From: an uncultured bacterium
Lineage (GTDB): Bacteria; CSSED10-310; CAZUFC01
Assembly: GCA_964619725.1 (NCBI GenBank)
Contig: CAZUFC010000142.1
Coordinates: forward strand, 1 to 19,346
Length of the DNA stretch: 19,346 bases
Reading direction: 5' to 3'
A model generated the notes under the pieces. The model was not told the origin of the DNA and ran no database searches. It saw only the letters and a program-made list of their open reading frames with translations. The stretch's first letter is position 1; each line of letters starts with the position of its first letter. Position numbers and translations under genes: made by a program. Of this stretch, positions 7,765-17,400 are shown piece after piece.

Positions 7765-8932
7765 GCAAAATTACAGAATGTTTTACATTTCAGCGGCTTG
7801 CTTATGCTTTGCCTGCATTTTTCCATCCGCCTTGAATTGTGAAGGGAATGCAGAGACATTAATCATATGCTTTTTCGATAAAATATCGGAATTACCCGTC
7901 AAAGATGTTCGCGTCTATTCAATCGATTCCAGAGGGAACTTTGCCTGGATTGGAAAAAGCGATGTGACCGGTCGAATTTCTCTCTCCATAACGGAAAATG
8001 CATACTCGGAAATTTTTGTTTCACATTCCAAATATAAATCATTCGAGATGATAATCGATTACTTCTTTAAAAATCAAAACAAAAAAGAAATAAAAATTCC
8101 TCTTTCTAGAAAAGAAGGGATTACGGTACACATAAACTGTTCAGCCGCTGACACTATGCAATCGATTCCGTGCGACTTAACTCTTAATGGGAACAAAGTA
8201 GGTGAATCCCCTGCAAAAATCAAGGTATTGGAAGGATATTATAATCTGAAAATTATTCCTTACAATTCGGTCGATTACAAAGCTGTATCATTGATGCATC
8301 CTTTTTATGAAAATAATCAAAAAATAGAATTCAAAATATTTCCAGACATCGAAAGAAATTTATTCGATTCTGAATTTACGGGAAATGAGACACATTTCAA
8401 TAAAATTATGCAAACTTTTTCAGATAATTCGATGACTTTCAACAATTTCAAATTTTTTATCAAGATTTTATCTTGTATTGATGAAAAAAATGAAATCACA
8501 GAAAATTTTCTTGAAAGCAGTCTGACAGGAAATCCTTTTTATAAAAAATTCATCAATTGTTATTTAGGGACTTACTATTTCAAAATCGGTGCATACGATA
8601 AAGCTGCAGGGTCATTTCGCGATTCAATAAATATAAGAGACGCCATTTTAAAGCAGGTTGATTTAAGTTCGGATCAGAAGGATTTTTTTCTTTTTCAAAG
8701 CTACCGGTATCGAGCTTTATGTTTGACGAAAGTTGCCGAAGAATGGAACGACGGTCTTTCTTCGAATAGAAAAATCCTGCGTGAGGCGATTAATGCATGG
8801 GAAGATTGCATATCTATTTTTCGGATTTACTCAGGATTGGAAGAAAAGGAGTCTATTTTTTCGGATTACCTTGAAACGGCTGAATATAAAAAGTCATTAT
8901 TGATCAATCTTTTAAATTCTAAGGAGGACTAA
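7751..8932 (+). CDS. Exported protein with beta-sandwich + PEGA domain + TPR
   Basis: ATG 7751 with AGGA at 7742-7745 (ORF track start 7697) gives a signal-like N-terminus MKKLKQNYRMFYISAACLCFACIFPSA. Repeat FFDKISELPVKDVRV..GKSDVTG. PEGA motif LTLNGNKVGESP.KIKVLEGYYNLKI. TPR YLGTYYFKIGAYDKAAGSFRDSI. Confidence 0.82.
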   Translation: MKKLKQNYRMFYISAACLCFACIFPSALNCEGNAETLIICFFDKISELPVKDVRVYSIDSRGNFAWIGKSDVTGRISLSITENAYSEIFVSHSKYKSFEMIIDYFFKNQNKKEIKIPLSRKEGITVHINCSAADTMQSIPCDLTLNGNKVGESPAKIKVLEGYYNLKIIPYNSVDYKAVSLMHPFYENNQKIEFKIFPDIERNLFDSEFTGNETHFNKIMQTFSDNSMTFNNFKFFIKILSCIDEKNEITENFLESSLTGNPFYKKFINCYLGTYYFKIGAYDKAAGSFRDSINIRDAILKQVDLSSDQKDFFLFQSYRYRALCLTKVAEEWNDGLSSNRKILREAINAWEDCISIFRIYSGLEEKESIFSDYLETAEYKKSLLINLLNSKED

Positions 8933-8996
8933 ACGGAAATTTGACGGATTCGGTTTGTGAATAGATGAACATGCAATTAATCGAAAGGAGTGCAGA

Positions 8997-10625
8997 ATGA
9001 CTCATCTTTTTGTTTTCATGAAATCTATCGTTTCGAGAACCGTGATGAATATAGGAACATTCAATTTGTCTTTTTTGTTGTTAATTACCGTTCTGTTTCA
9101 AAATACCGAAGTATTTTCTCAACAGCTTGTCTACACCGAATTGGAATTACCGACGTGCCTGTATTCTCCTATAACGATGGAAACTCAATCCGTACGGATG
9201 AGCGATTTAATTTATTCTTCTCTTTATGCTTACGATTTTCGCGGCGAGATAACGCCCTCCCTGGCTTCTCAGCCATTTCCAGAATCATTCAGCGACAGAT
9301 ACGAAATAAGAATTCGAAAAGGATTGAGGTGGCCGCTTTGCGGCAAGGAAATAACGGCTGAAGACATTAAATTTTGTTACGATCTCGTTATCGACGAGGA
9401 AACTGAGCTGATGCAGAAGGAATATTCTGTGATCGAGAGCGTGTCGTTTGATCATGCCGACCCATATAGTATCGAATTTAAATTAAAAAACACCGTAACG
9501 TTTCCGCAGCAGATTTTCACATTGCCGATAATTCCTAAGAACAACGGATACGAAGAAAATTACATTCATTGTACGTGCGGACTTCTGGACAGACCGGAAG
9601 GATGCGGGCCATATTACATTGATGAATGGAATCAGAACGTTCAGGAAATCAATCTTGTCTATAATAAAAACTTCCATGGCAAGCGCCCGCAAATAAGCGC
9701 CATTAAGCTTAAGGCAATACCTGATAAAAACACCGCTTTAAGGGCATTGCTTCACGGCTCGATAAACTTTTATCCTGATCTGTCTCCGTCGCATTATAAT
9801 CATCTGGATCGCATTACGTCCTGGCGTTCCAGAATCACTTCGTATAATTCACAGAACATTGAATGCTTCGCGTTAAACTGCGTGAGAAGAGATTTAATGA
9901 AAAAACAGTTTCGGCAAGCGCTTTCTTACGCGATGGATATAGAGTCGCTGATCTGGACATTGTTTCCAGGTTCAAAACAAATTTCCGGCCCTTATTCACT
10001 TTCGAGTCCATATTATAATCATGATATCGAACCGCTAAAGCACGACATCAAAAAAGCCAAAGAACTTCTCAAACGCATGAATTATAATTGGAACGCCGAC
10101 GGACTTCTTACGTATAACGGCGCTCCACTGGAAAAACTGATTATTATCGAACCGCCTGCAAACGAGCAGGCTGTGCATTTTGCCTGTCAACATGTTCAGG
10201 AAAAGCTGAATGAAATCGGAATTGAATCTGAAATTAAAGCTATGTCCGATCAGAAGGCATGGTTTCAGAGAATATTTATAGATCGAGATTTCGATATCGC
10301 TTTCATCATCTGGAAATTCTATGCTTATACTGATGTATCGCCTTTGTTCGGTTCTGAATATATGGGAAAAGGAAGTTCCAATTTCGTGCAATTCGTCGAT
10401 CCGAAGCTTGACGATCTGTTTGAGATGTTCCACACATCAGGAAAAATGGATCAGAAAATAAGCATCGGCAAGAGAATTCATGCTCATCTTCATGAAACAT
10501 CTCCCTACATTTATGGATGGGAAAGACCCTCATACGCTGCCTGGGGGGAAGAACTGGATAATGTAATTTTGACGACAAGCGTCTTCAGCCTAATCCATCT
10601 TTGGCAATATAATCCCGCGCCTTGA
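8997..10625 (+). CDS. oppA: ABC transporter substrate-binding protein, family 5 (OppA/DppA/NikA-like)
   Basis: RBS AAGGAG at 8985-8990. Hydrophobic signal segment without a lipobox. Family-5 motifs LIYSSL...G...P.LA, IRKGLRW..G..ITAEDIKF, DPYSIEFKL, P.G.GPY, FRQALSYAMD, DIKKAKELLK, L.EIGI, RDFDI, NFVQFVDPKLDDL. Family-level symbol; substrate unknown. Confidence 0.92.
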   Translation: MTHLFVFMKSIVSRTVMNIGTFNLSFLLLITVLFQNTEVFSQQLVYTELELPTCLYSPITMETQSVRMSDLIYSSLYAYDFRGEITPSLASQPFPESFSDRYEIRIRKGLRWPLCGKEITAEDIKFCYDLVIDEETELMQKEYSVIESVSFDHADPYSIEFKLKNTVTFPQQIFTLPIIPKNNGYEENYIHCTCGLLDRPEGCGPYYIDEWNQNVQEINLVYNKNFHGKRPQISAIKLKAIPDKNTALRALLHGSINFYPDLSPSHYNHLDRITSWRSRITSYNSQNIECFALNCVRRDLMKKQFRQALSYAMDIESLIWTLFPGSKQISGPYSLSSPYYNHDIEPLKHDIKKAKELLKRMNYNWNADGLLTYNGAPLEKLIIIEPPANEQAVHFACQHVQEKLNEIGIESEIKAMSDQKAWFQRIFIDRDFDIAFIIWKFYAYTDVSPLFGSEYMGKGSSNFVQFVDPKLDDLFEMFHTSGKMDQKISIGKRIHAHLHETSPYIYGWERPSYAAWGEELDNVILTTSVFSLIHLWQYNPAP

Positions 10626-10630
10626 GTAAA

Positions 10631-11533
10631 ATGATTAAAAAAATTACAAATATATCATTCCTGACCAGGGAAATCTCCCGGATACTCCTTGTCTCCTGTG
10701 CTTTAACCCTACTTATTTTCATATTGTTTCAGTATGCGCCGGGGACTTCGAGCAAAGAACGTCCCTTTAATCTGACATTTAACTATTCAATCATCGAGAG
10801 GGGACAAATAAAGTTCGATTCTTTCCTGAAAAAGGTTTGGATAACGACGCGTTTAACCTTGATCGCAATGGCCACCACGGCCATATTTTCTTTACCGGTA
10901 AGCTTAAATCTTTCCATTAAAAAACATTTAATCGTCACAAAGTTTTTCCTGTTTTTTTCATATTTCATTTCAGTCATCCCGATCTTCTTTACCGCTCATC
11001 TGGTCTTGTTTTTTATAACCAGTTCTCCTGATGAAGTCATCGGAGGAACGCTTGGAATCAAACTTATCTCTTTAAGAGATTCTGTCTTTGGTAGTAAATT
11101 CTTTGCCGGACGTATTGATTATAAATCGACTATGAATCTGATACTTCCCGGCATATTGCTGGGACTCTGCAACGGTTCCCTGGCGGAAGTCATCAGAGGG
11201 CTGAAAGAAGAAACTTCCGCACTCCTATCTCATAATTACGTCAAGGCTGCCGTGGCAAGGGGCGGCAGCGTTTTCTTCCACGTTCATCGAGCTTTGATCA
11301 TTGCAGTAACGGCGATCTTAACAATGAAGTTAACTGCTCTATTAGGAGGCGCCGTGGTGATTGAATCGATTTTCGGGATCATGGGAATCGGGCAATCAGC
11401 TTATCTTGCAGTGAAAGCAAGAGATTTTTATCTATCTCTCTACATCTCTTTTTATTTATTTCTCATACACCAGCTATTCGATTGGATTCGTCGTTTTACC
11501 GTGTTTGTTATGGACAAGAGGATCACCCGATAG
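10631..11533 (+). CDS. oppB: Peptide ABC transporter permease, OppB/DppB family (divergent)
   Basis: About 6 TM segments. LILPGILLG, EAA-type loop NYVKAAVARG, LLGGAVVIESIFGIMGIG....AV.ARDF, and C-terminal D......DKRI match OppB/DppB. Alternative start TTG 10622 overlaps the oppA stop (TTGA). Confidence 0.9.
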   Translation: MIKKITNISFLTREISRILLVSCALTLLIFILFQYAPGTSSKERPFNLTFNYSIIERGQIKFDSFLKKVWITTRLTLIAMATTAIFSLPVSLNLSIKKHLIVTKFFLFFSYFISVIPIFFTAHLVLFFITSSPDEVIGGTLGIKLISLRDSVFGSKFFAGRIDYKSTMNLILPGILLGLCNGSLAEVIRGLKEETSALLSHNYVKAAVARGGSVFFHVHRALIIAVTAILTMKLTALLGGAVVIESIFGIMGIGQSAYLAVKARDFYLSLYISFYLFLIHQLFDWIRRFTVFVMDKRITR

Positions 11534-11543
11534 GTTATTTATC

Positions 11544-12611
11544 ATGCTGCACCGTTCAATCTCATTTAATTGGAAAACATACAGAGAAATATTTAATTCT
11601 AAAAAAAAGAAATATGAAAAATTTTCTTTTTTCAGAATTCCTTCTTATTTTAAATTAATCCTGGGGATTTTTATCGCTTTTTTGTTTGTTGTTACGGCAA
11701 TGCTTGCTTATACGGTCGATTGGTCAGCCTCCGACAGCGCCTTTAAGGACTTCAAAGAACTATTTCCAGAAAATGACCATTTTGGTGTTTTTATACCCGG
11801 CAAAGCTATCAGAGGACATCCCCTCGGTTTCACAAGCGGAAAAAAGTATTTTGTAAGTTCTCTTGTTAAAGGGAGCGCAGCCTACATGCCTTCATGTTTT
11901 CTGGCAATCGCTGTGAATTGGATATTGGGGATAATTCTCGCCGTTATGGTCGGTTTTTATCCTGAAAAAAAACTAATTCCAAAAATCGGATTATTGACGA
12001 GGTTCAGCAATAAAAAGGCGACGCCTGGGAAAAAAGTTGATCATGTATATCGAGTCAGAGGACTGACTTGCGGAGAAGCGGCGCTGTCTTTCTCTCATCT
12101 GATTCAGTCAGTACCCAAAATCATTGGATTATTGCTAATATTGGGCATATTCTATCGTTCTGACAATCCGAACGTTCGTACGATCGTTCTGATGATATCG
12201 ATCGGCCTTTTTGCTTCTCCCAGAATGATGGAGACACTTGGATACCGCATCAGAAAATTTAAGAGAGAAAAATTCGTCGATGCTGCAAAAGCGGCAGGAT
12301 TCTCAGACTTTAATATCATATTTAAACAAATTTTCTGGAAAAACTGCCTGCCCCTATTCGTCGTCGAAATTTCCCGATTAATGGCTGAAATTTTCATTTT
12401 TGAAGCGGTCATGGCTTATCTTGGACTCGGAATATATGAACCTTACTGGAGTTGGGGCAGACTTGCGCAAGAGGAAATTGACTACGGCATGACTTTCGGT
12501 TTTATCAGAGGTTCATTGCATCCTTGCCTGTGCATTGCGTTTTTCTCTGTCGGATTTCTGATGCTGGGCGACGCAATAGCTGACATAAAGAGTTTAAACA
12601 GAGAGGGATAG
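11544..12611 (+). CDS. oppC: Peptide ABC transporter permease, OppC/DppC family (divergent)
   Basis: HPLG motif, EAA loop EKFVDAAKAAGFSDFNIIFKQI..NCLP, EAVMAYLGLG..EP..SWG, GF.MLGDAI.D. Start taken as ATG 11544 (ORF track start 11505). Confidence 0.9.
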   Translation: MLHRSISFNWKTYREIFNSKKKKYEKFSFFRIPSYFKLILGIFIAFLFVVTAMLAYTVDWSASDSAFKDFKELFPENDHFGVFIPGKAIRGHPLGFTSGKKYFVSSLVKGSAAYMPSCFLAIAVNWILGIILAVMVGFYPEKKLIPKIGLLTRFSNKKATPGKKVDHVYRVRGLTCGEAALSFSHLIQSVPKIIGLLLILGIFYRSDNPNVRTIVLMISIGLFASPRMMETLGYRIRKFKREKFVDAAKAAGFSDFNIIFKQIFWKNCLPLFVVEISRLMAEIFIFEAVMAYLGLGIYEPYWSWGRLAQEEIDYGMTFGFIRGSLHPCLCIAFFSVGFLMLGDAIADIKSLNREG

Positions 12612-12612
12612 A

Positions 12613-14430
12613 ATGATAACTATTAGAAATTTTTTAAAATTTTTCACATTAATTGCTTTTATTTTTGCTCTTTCAGTTCGTCCGGCTCCGGCAGACGAGG
12701 TAATGAAGGATTCTTATAAATTATTTGAAGAGAATAAATATTTTGATTTTGCCGTCAAAATGACGGAAGCGGCGAAAAATGACTCTTACAACCTCAGCAT
12801 GCCGGAGCGCGATAAACTGGCGCACGCTTTATTTTATCTCGGCTGGAGTGAGCTGGAATTTCACAAACTGGCTGTGGCGGCATGCGAGCGATATTACAAA
12901 ATCGTAAATCTGGAATTGTCTGCGGATAAAAAAACTCTTTCAGACGATATCAAATATAAAACGTCGAGAGGCATGCATAAAAATTCACGCTGGTCATTCG
13001 ATCAAGATGCGGATGCGATAGATTATTTCCTGGCGCTTGCTTATCAAGAAGCCGGGAGACATGATTCAGCGAAAAGGTATTTCGATTCCTTCTTAGAAAA
13101 TTGTCCCTCCGGTACCCGATTTTTTCAATATGCCAAAAACTTTTCGGTAAGATCGGAAATAAATTTGCCGAAATGTGAAAATCCTGTAACTTATTTTAAA
13201 AATTTACTTTCTGAAAGTATTTCGCATGCCGATGAAAATCTTCTAATATATCAAATTAAACGTTTCATTTCTGAGAACGAACACAGATACTGGATTGAAA
13301 ATCAATTACCCGGAAAGACAGATTTATTTCATGAGAATCAGAAAATAAAAGAAATTCAATCACAGTTACAACAATTGTTGGAAAACTGTAAAATCAAGGA
13401 TATAGTTATTCCGGGTCTAACAAACAAAAACGAAATCGAGCCATATTCCAGTTTTGTTGATTTCCAGGGCGAATGCATTAAAGTCTTTCTGGGGGATTCA
13501 TCTTTTTATTCCATAATGCCTGCCGTGAAAAGAATCAGGGATTTTTACCCGCATTATGAGGAACGCATGCGACGAATTTCCCCGGAAGCATACTGGGTAT
13601 TAGGAAATACTTTCCTCACAGCAGCGGAAAAGATTTATTCTGAATTAAAAAAAGATTGCGGCAAAAACGACAGAATTTACTTTACGAGTCAACTCTTAAG
13701 GTGCAAGCTTTTACGCGGGAACTATAAAGAAGCTGAGGATTTAATCACTGAAGAGAATGCCGCTTCAGAAAATAATCTTTATCCCTATAGTAAAGGAATA
13801 GTCAACGGCATTTCACGGTTTATAAACGGTTCTAAACCTCCTGACTTAAATGAGAAATCTCTTTCAAGAACTCATTCAGAAAAGTTGATAGAATTTGTTT
13901 ATTATCAATGGATTAAATCCACTTCTGGGAGAATGATAGGAGAAAAAGAAATTGATTTGCTGCATAAATCATTATTGCATATGGCCAAACGAGAATACAT
14001 GCATTTGACGGGAACTGAATCTAGAAAGCATAAGAGTAAAAAAGGGTCTTCCTCAGAAGAAATCCTGGAAAATTTTTTTTCTTATCGATGTTATCTTCTA
14101 TCGAATAAGCTGATCGAGGCGATTCTTTGTCTTACCGAAATACTGGAAAATAATACGGGCATTGAGATGAATTCAAAAGAAAAATATTTGTCCGAAAGAC
14201 AAAATTATTTAAGATCCGTAAGAAATCTTAAGCAATCAGGTTATAACAATCTAGCTTTAAACCACCCAATAGTAATGATCAAGACGGCACGCTTGAATTT
14301 TCTGATCGACGTTTTCACTTTTACTGAATATAATATGATTTTATCTTTGTTCTCTGAAAAAGAGTATATGCCGGAAGTAAGGCTTTTAAGAGACATCGTT
14401 AAATCGGTATCTCAATTTTCAAGCAAATAA
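12613..14430 (+). CDS. Secreted alpha-helical TPR-containing protein (605 aa)
   Basis: 1 nt after the oppC stop, GAGGG upstream. Signal peptide ending ..RPAPA|DE. TPR-like motifs YFLALAYQEAGRHDSAKRYFDSFLENCP, ALFYLGWSELE and LLRCKLLRGNYKEAEDLI. Confidence 0.8.
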   Translation: MITIRNFLKFFTLIAFIFALSVRPAPADEVMKDSYKLFEENKYFDFAVKMTEAAKNDSYNLSMPERDKLAHALFYLGWSELEFHKLAVAACERYYKIVNLELSADKKTLSDDIKYKTSRGMHKNSRWSFDQDADAIDYFLALAYQEAGRHDSAKRYFDSFLENCPSGTRFFQYAKNFSVRSEINLPKCENPVTYFKNLLSESISHADENLLIYQIKRFISENEHRYWIENQLPGKTDLFHENQKIKEIQSQLQQLLENCKIKDIVIPGLTNKNEIEPYSSFVDFQGECIKVFLGDSSFYSIMPAVKRIRDFYPHYEERMRRISPEAYWVLGNTFLTAAEKIYSELKKDCGKNDRIYFTSQLLRCKLLRGNYKEAEDLITEENAASENNLYPYSKGIVNGISRFINGSKPPDLNEKSLSRTHSEKLIEFVYYQWIKSTSGRMIGEKEIDLLHKSLLHMAKREYMHLTGTESRKHKSKKGSSSEEILENFFSYRCYLLSNKLIEAILCLTEILENNTGIEMNSKEKYLSERQNYLRSVRNLKQSGYNNLALNHPIVMIKTARLNFLIDVFTFTEYNMILSLFSEKEYMPEVRLLRDIVKSVSQFSSK

Positions 14431-14452
14431 GAAAGGATTCGGTTGCTCAACA

Positions 14453-17400
14453 ATGAACAGAAAAATAAAAACAGCAACCTTCGTCATTGAGGTTGTTTTA
14501 ACTTGTCTGAATTTCGTTACGGTTTCTGCGCATAAAACCGTACCGAGGATCACGCCGGATGGAAAATATGTTTCATTCCAGGAGTATGATTCAAGCGGGA
14601 AGCTTGGAATTTCAATATACGAAATAATGCAAAACGGCAAAATCAGCAAGATACCGAAAATCGATCTTTCTCTGCCCTTATATGAAACTGATTCATCAGA
14701 CGAAAGCGACGTCGCTTTCAGATTCGGCGAAATAAAAAAAACGACATCTAAAATTGAAAGAGAATCAACGGCTTTCTTTGCCTGGGCTCCGGACAGCCGC
14801 CATTATGTTTTTGAAAAATATACTTTAACAGGCAACGACCTTCATTTCGGTTCAATTGATGACACTGAAACTCAATCCGTTCGAATTACATTTGATGAAG
14901 AAATTGAACTAGACCCGCAATTCGCTCCTCTGTCTTTTCCTCCGGAAAGAAAGGATGAAAGTTATTTTTTCGTTGCTTTTTCCAAGCGAGGTTCTTTATT
15001 TATAGCCAGAATTCCAAAATCTGCGGGGAGTTATAATGATAAATCTGATAAAGTAGTCGTGAAGCAGGTCACTTTTGACACATCTTTTTCAGACTGTTAT
15101 CCGGAATGGCATCCTTCGGGATTGGGGCTGATCTTCTCTCGACGTACCTTAACCGGATATGATCTCTATTTTCTTGATTACAAAAAAATATTGAAATTTA
15201 TCCATTCGGAAAATGAAAACCTTTTTCTGGAAGATCAAGCTGAATGCTGCCTGAATCTCCCCTATTCCGATGAGCTCCACGGAGTCTTTTCGCCGAAAGG
15301 CTCCCGAATCGCCTATTTTTCCAATTTAACTCATCCGAACAACAGAAAATTATTTAATATTCACATTTCCTGGTTCTGGAATCCGGAAAACTGGAAGAGA
15401 AAAACGATCGGCAAAAAACCTGCTTTTTCGGACCTGCACACTGATGAGCCGGTACTAACAGAACAGACAATTCCGTTAGGCCCATCCTGGTCTCCCGACG
15501 GCGCTTTTTTGACTTATATCGCCAACAAACCCAATCTTGATTACCCGTTAGTCGTTTGTCGGTCGTTTAATCCAAAAACAAAAGCTTACGCAAAATCGAT
15601 TACAAACAACGTTAATTGCGCTTTTTTTCCATGTAGCGAAAGGAGTAAGGTTTGTTTACTTACTTGCCGCAAGGAATCTAAAGGTTTGAATATTGTTGCA
15701 GATTCTTTTGACGTTCTGTCGAAGTCAACCAGAAAAACGGAGGAAGAGCTTTACAGATTTATCGAATCCACTCAAGCGTTCGAACAAAGCTTCAGTTTCA
15801 AATTAGTTGATTATCACACCGGGATTCCAGTAAAAAATGCTGAATTCGAATTTTCGGAAAATCATAGCGCAGGATGCTTTTATTCAAGTTTGCTTGATGG
15901 TTACGTATGCGGCCTCTACAGGTCACCAGGCAATTTAATCGAAAACTCTTTACTGGTAGAATGGAAGAAAGACGGTAAACCTGCGGACACATCATTTTAC
16001 AATTTAAATCTGAAGTCGCTCAAAAACAGCGAATTATACGTTTTTGAACCGTTGTATGAAATAGTCCAGTTCAGGAAAGAAGCCCTGCAAGATGCGAGCG
16101 GAAAAAAACTTGATATTTCAAAAGAGAACATCGAAGTAGAAATACTATCCCAAAAAAGGGACAAAAAAGGTAATAATTTGGAAATAGTTGAACTCGATCA
16201 TGAGCAATTCAAAATCGCATTCCCTGATTCGATGTTCGGAAAAACGTGCAAACTTGAGTTGAACATTGAGGGTTATTCGCTTCCTTACAGTAATGAACTT
16301 GAGGGAAATTCTGCTGCAATCAATATAGGCAGCAGGGCTTCCGGCGGAATATTTGATCTGAGGATCGTAAAAAAATACTTGGAGAGAGACATTTTTATCG
16401 TTAATGGCGGAGTAACGCCATTCGGAATCGATAATTGGCCCGTTGCAGATGCCGTCATAGAGATACGCAATAAATTTATAGAATCAAAAACGTTCAACAC
16501 TGGAAAGGATGGTCGTGTCAGAATAAAAATTCATGAAGCAAATAAAAACGAAACTAAAATATCAGCTTCAGGCTTTGAAGCCGTGAATTTGGATCCCGCT
16601 TACTTAAAAAATAATCCCGATATGAAGGTCCTGCTTACGCCCAGAAATAATAAATGGATATTCTGGATTCGGGATTCTCAGGGGCACGTGCTTCATGATG
16701 CTAAAGTGCAAATAAAAATGGGAATCGGACGACACAACAAAATGTTAAAATTTTCAGATGAGCCACACGATATCGATTTTCCTTTCTCATACTCAACTTT
16801 CTGTAATTCCGATAAGCCCCTGGTTTTTGAATTACCATTTCCAAAACCGATTCCAAACTATTATTCCGGAAAAATCACCATTGAGCATTCGGCATGCAGG
16901 AACGGTGAAAAGATTATCGATATAAAAGATATTGACACTAATTTGGAAATCAATTTCATCTGTGTCGGGAACCCCGATGAGCTCCAGGGAATATTGTTAT
17001 ATCTCATTGATGAAGATGGGCATCCGGTATATGATGCCGGATTCAGGCAAACTGGAGGAAGTACTCTCGGCTTAAAACAGTCGGTCAGCCTTGAGGCTGG
17101 AGCTTATTTAATTAAAGACATTTCTTCTTTAAATGAATTGGAAATTGAATGTCCTGATTTCCAGAAAAAAGATGAACGCGCTGTTAAAATTGTCAGGGAT
17201 AAAATATACGCCGTAAAATTAAAAAAAATAGCACAGAAAAACAGCCATTCATCGAAATATAGAAAAATCAAAATAAAAACTTATTGCACCTTGAAAATTT
17301 ATGAAGACCTTCCTCGTTTTAAAGGGTTGCCCGAGGATTTCTTCAACAGGAAAATATTTTTGCCGTACGTAAGATTGTCCGTAAGTTATTGTCCTAATAA

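Noticed and set aside
8813-8869. Near-direct repeat TCTATTTTT(T)CGGATT x2 in the PEGA/TPR gene
   Set aside because: Two imperfect copies inside coding sequence with no frame disruption; likely a local duplication or chance.
8941-8967. TTGACG upstream of oppA as an internal promoter
   Set aside because: No acceptable -10 hexamer at 16-18 bp spacing; the best candidate, TAGATG, is at 15 bp.
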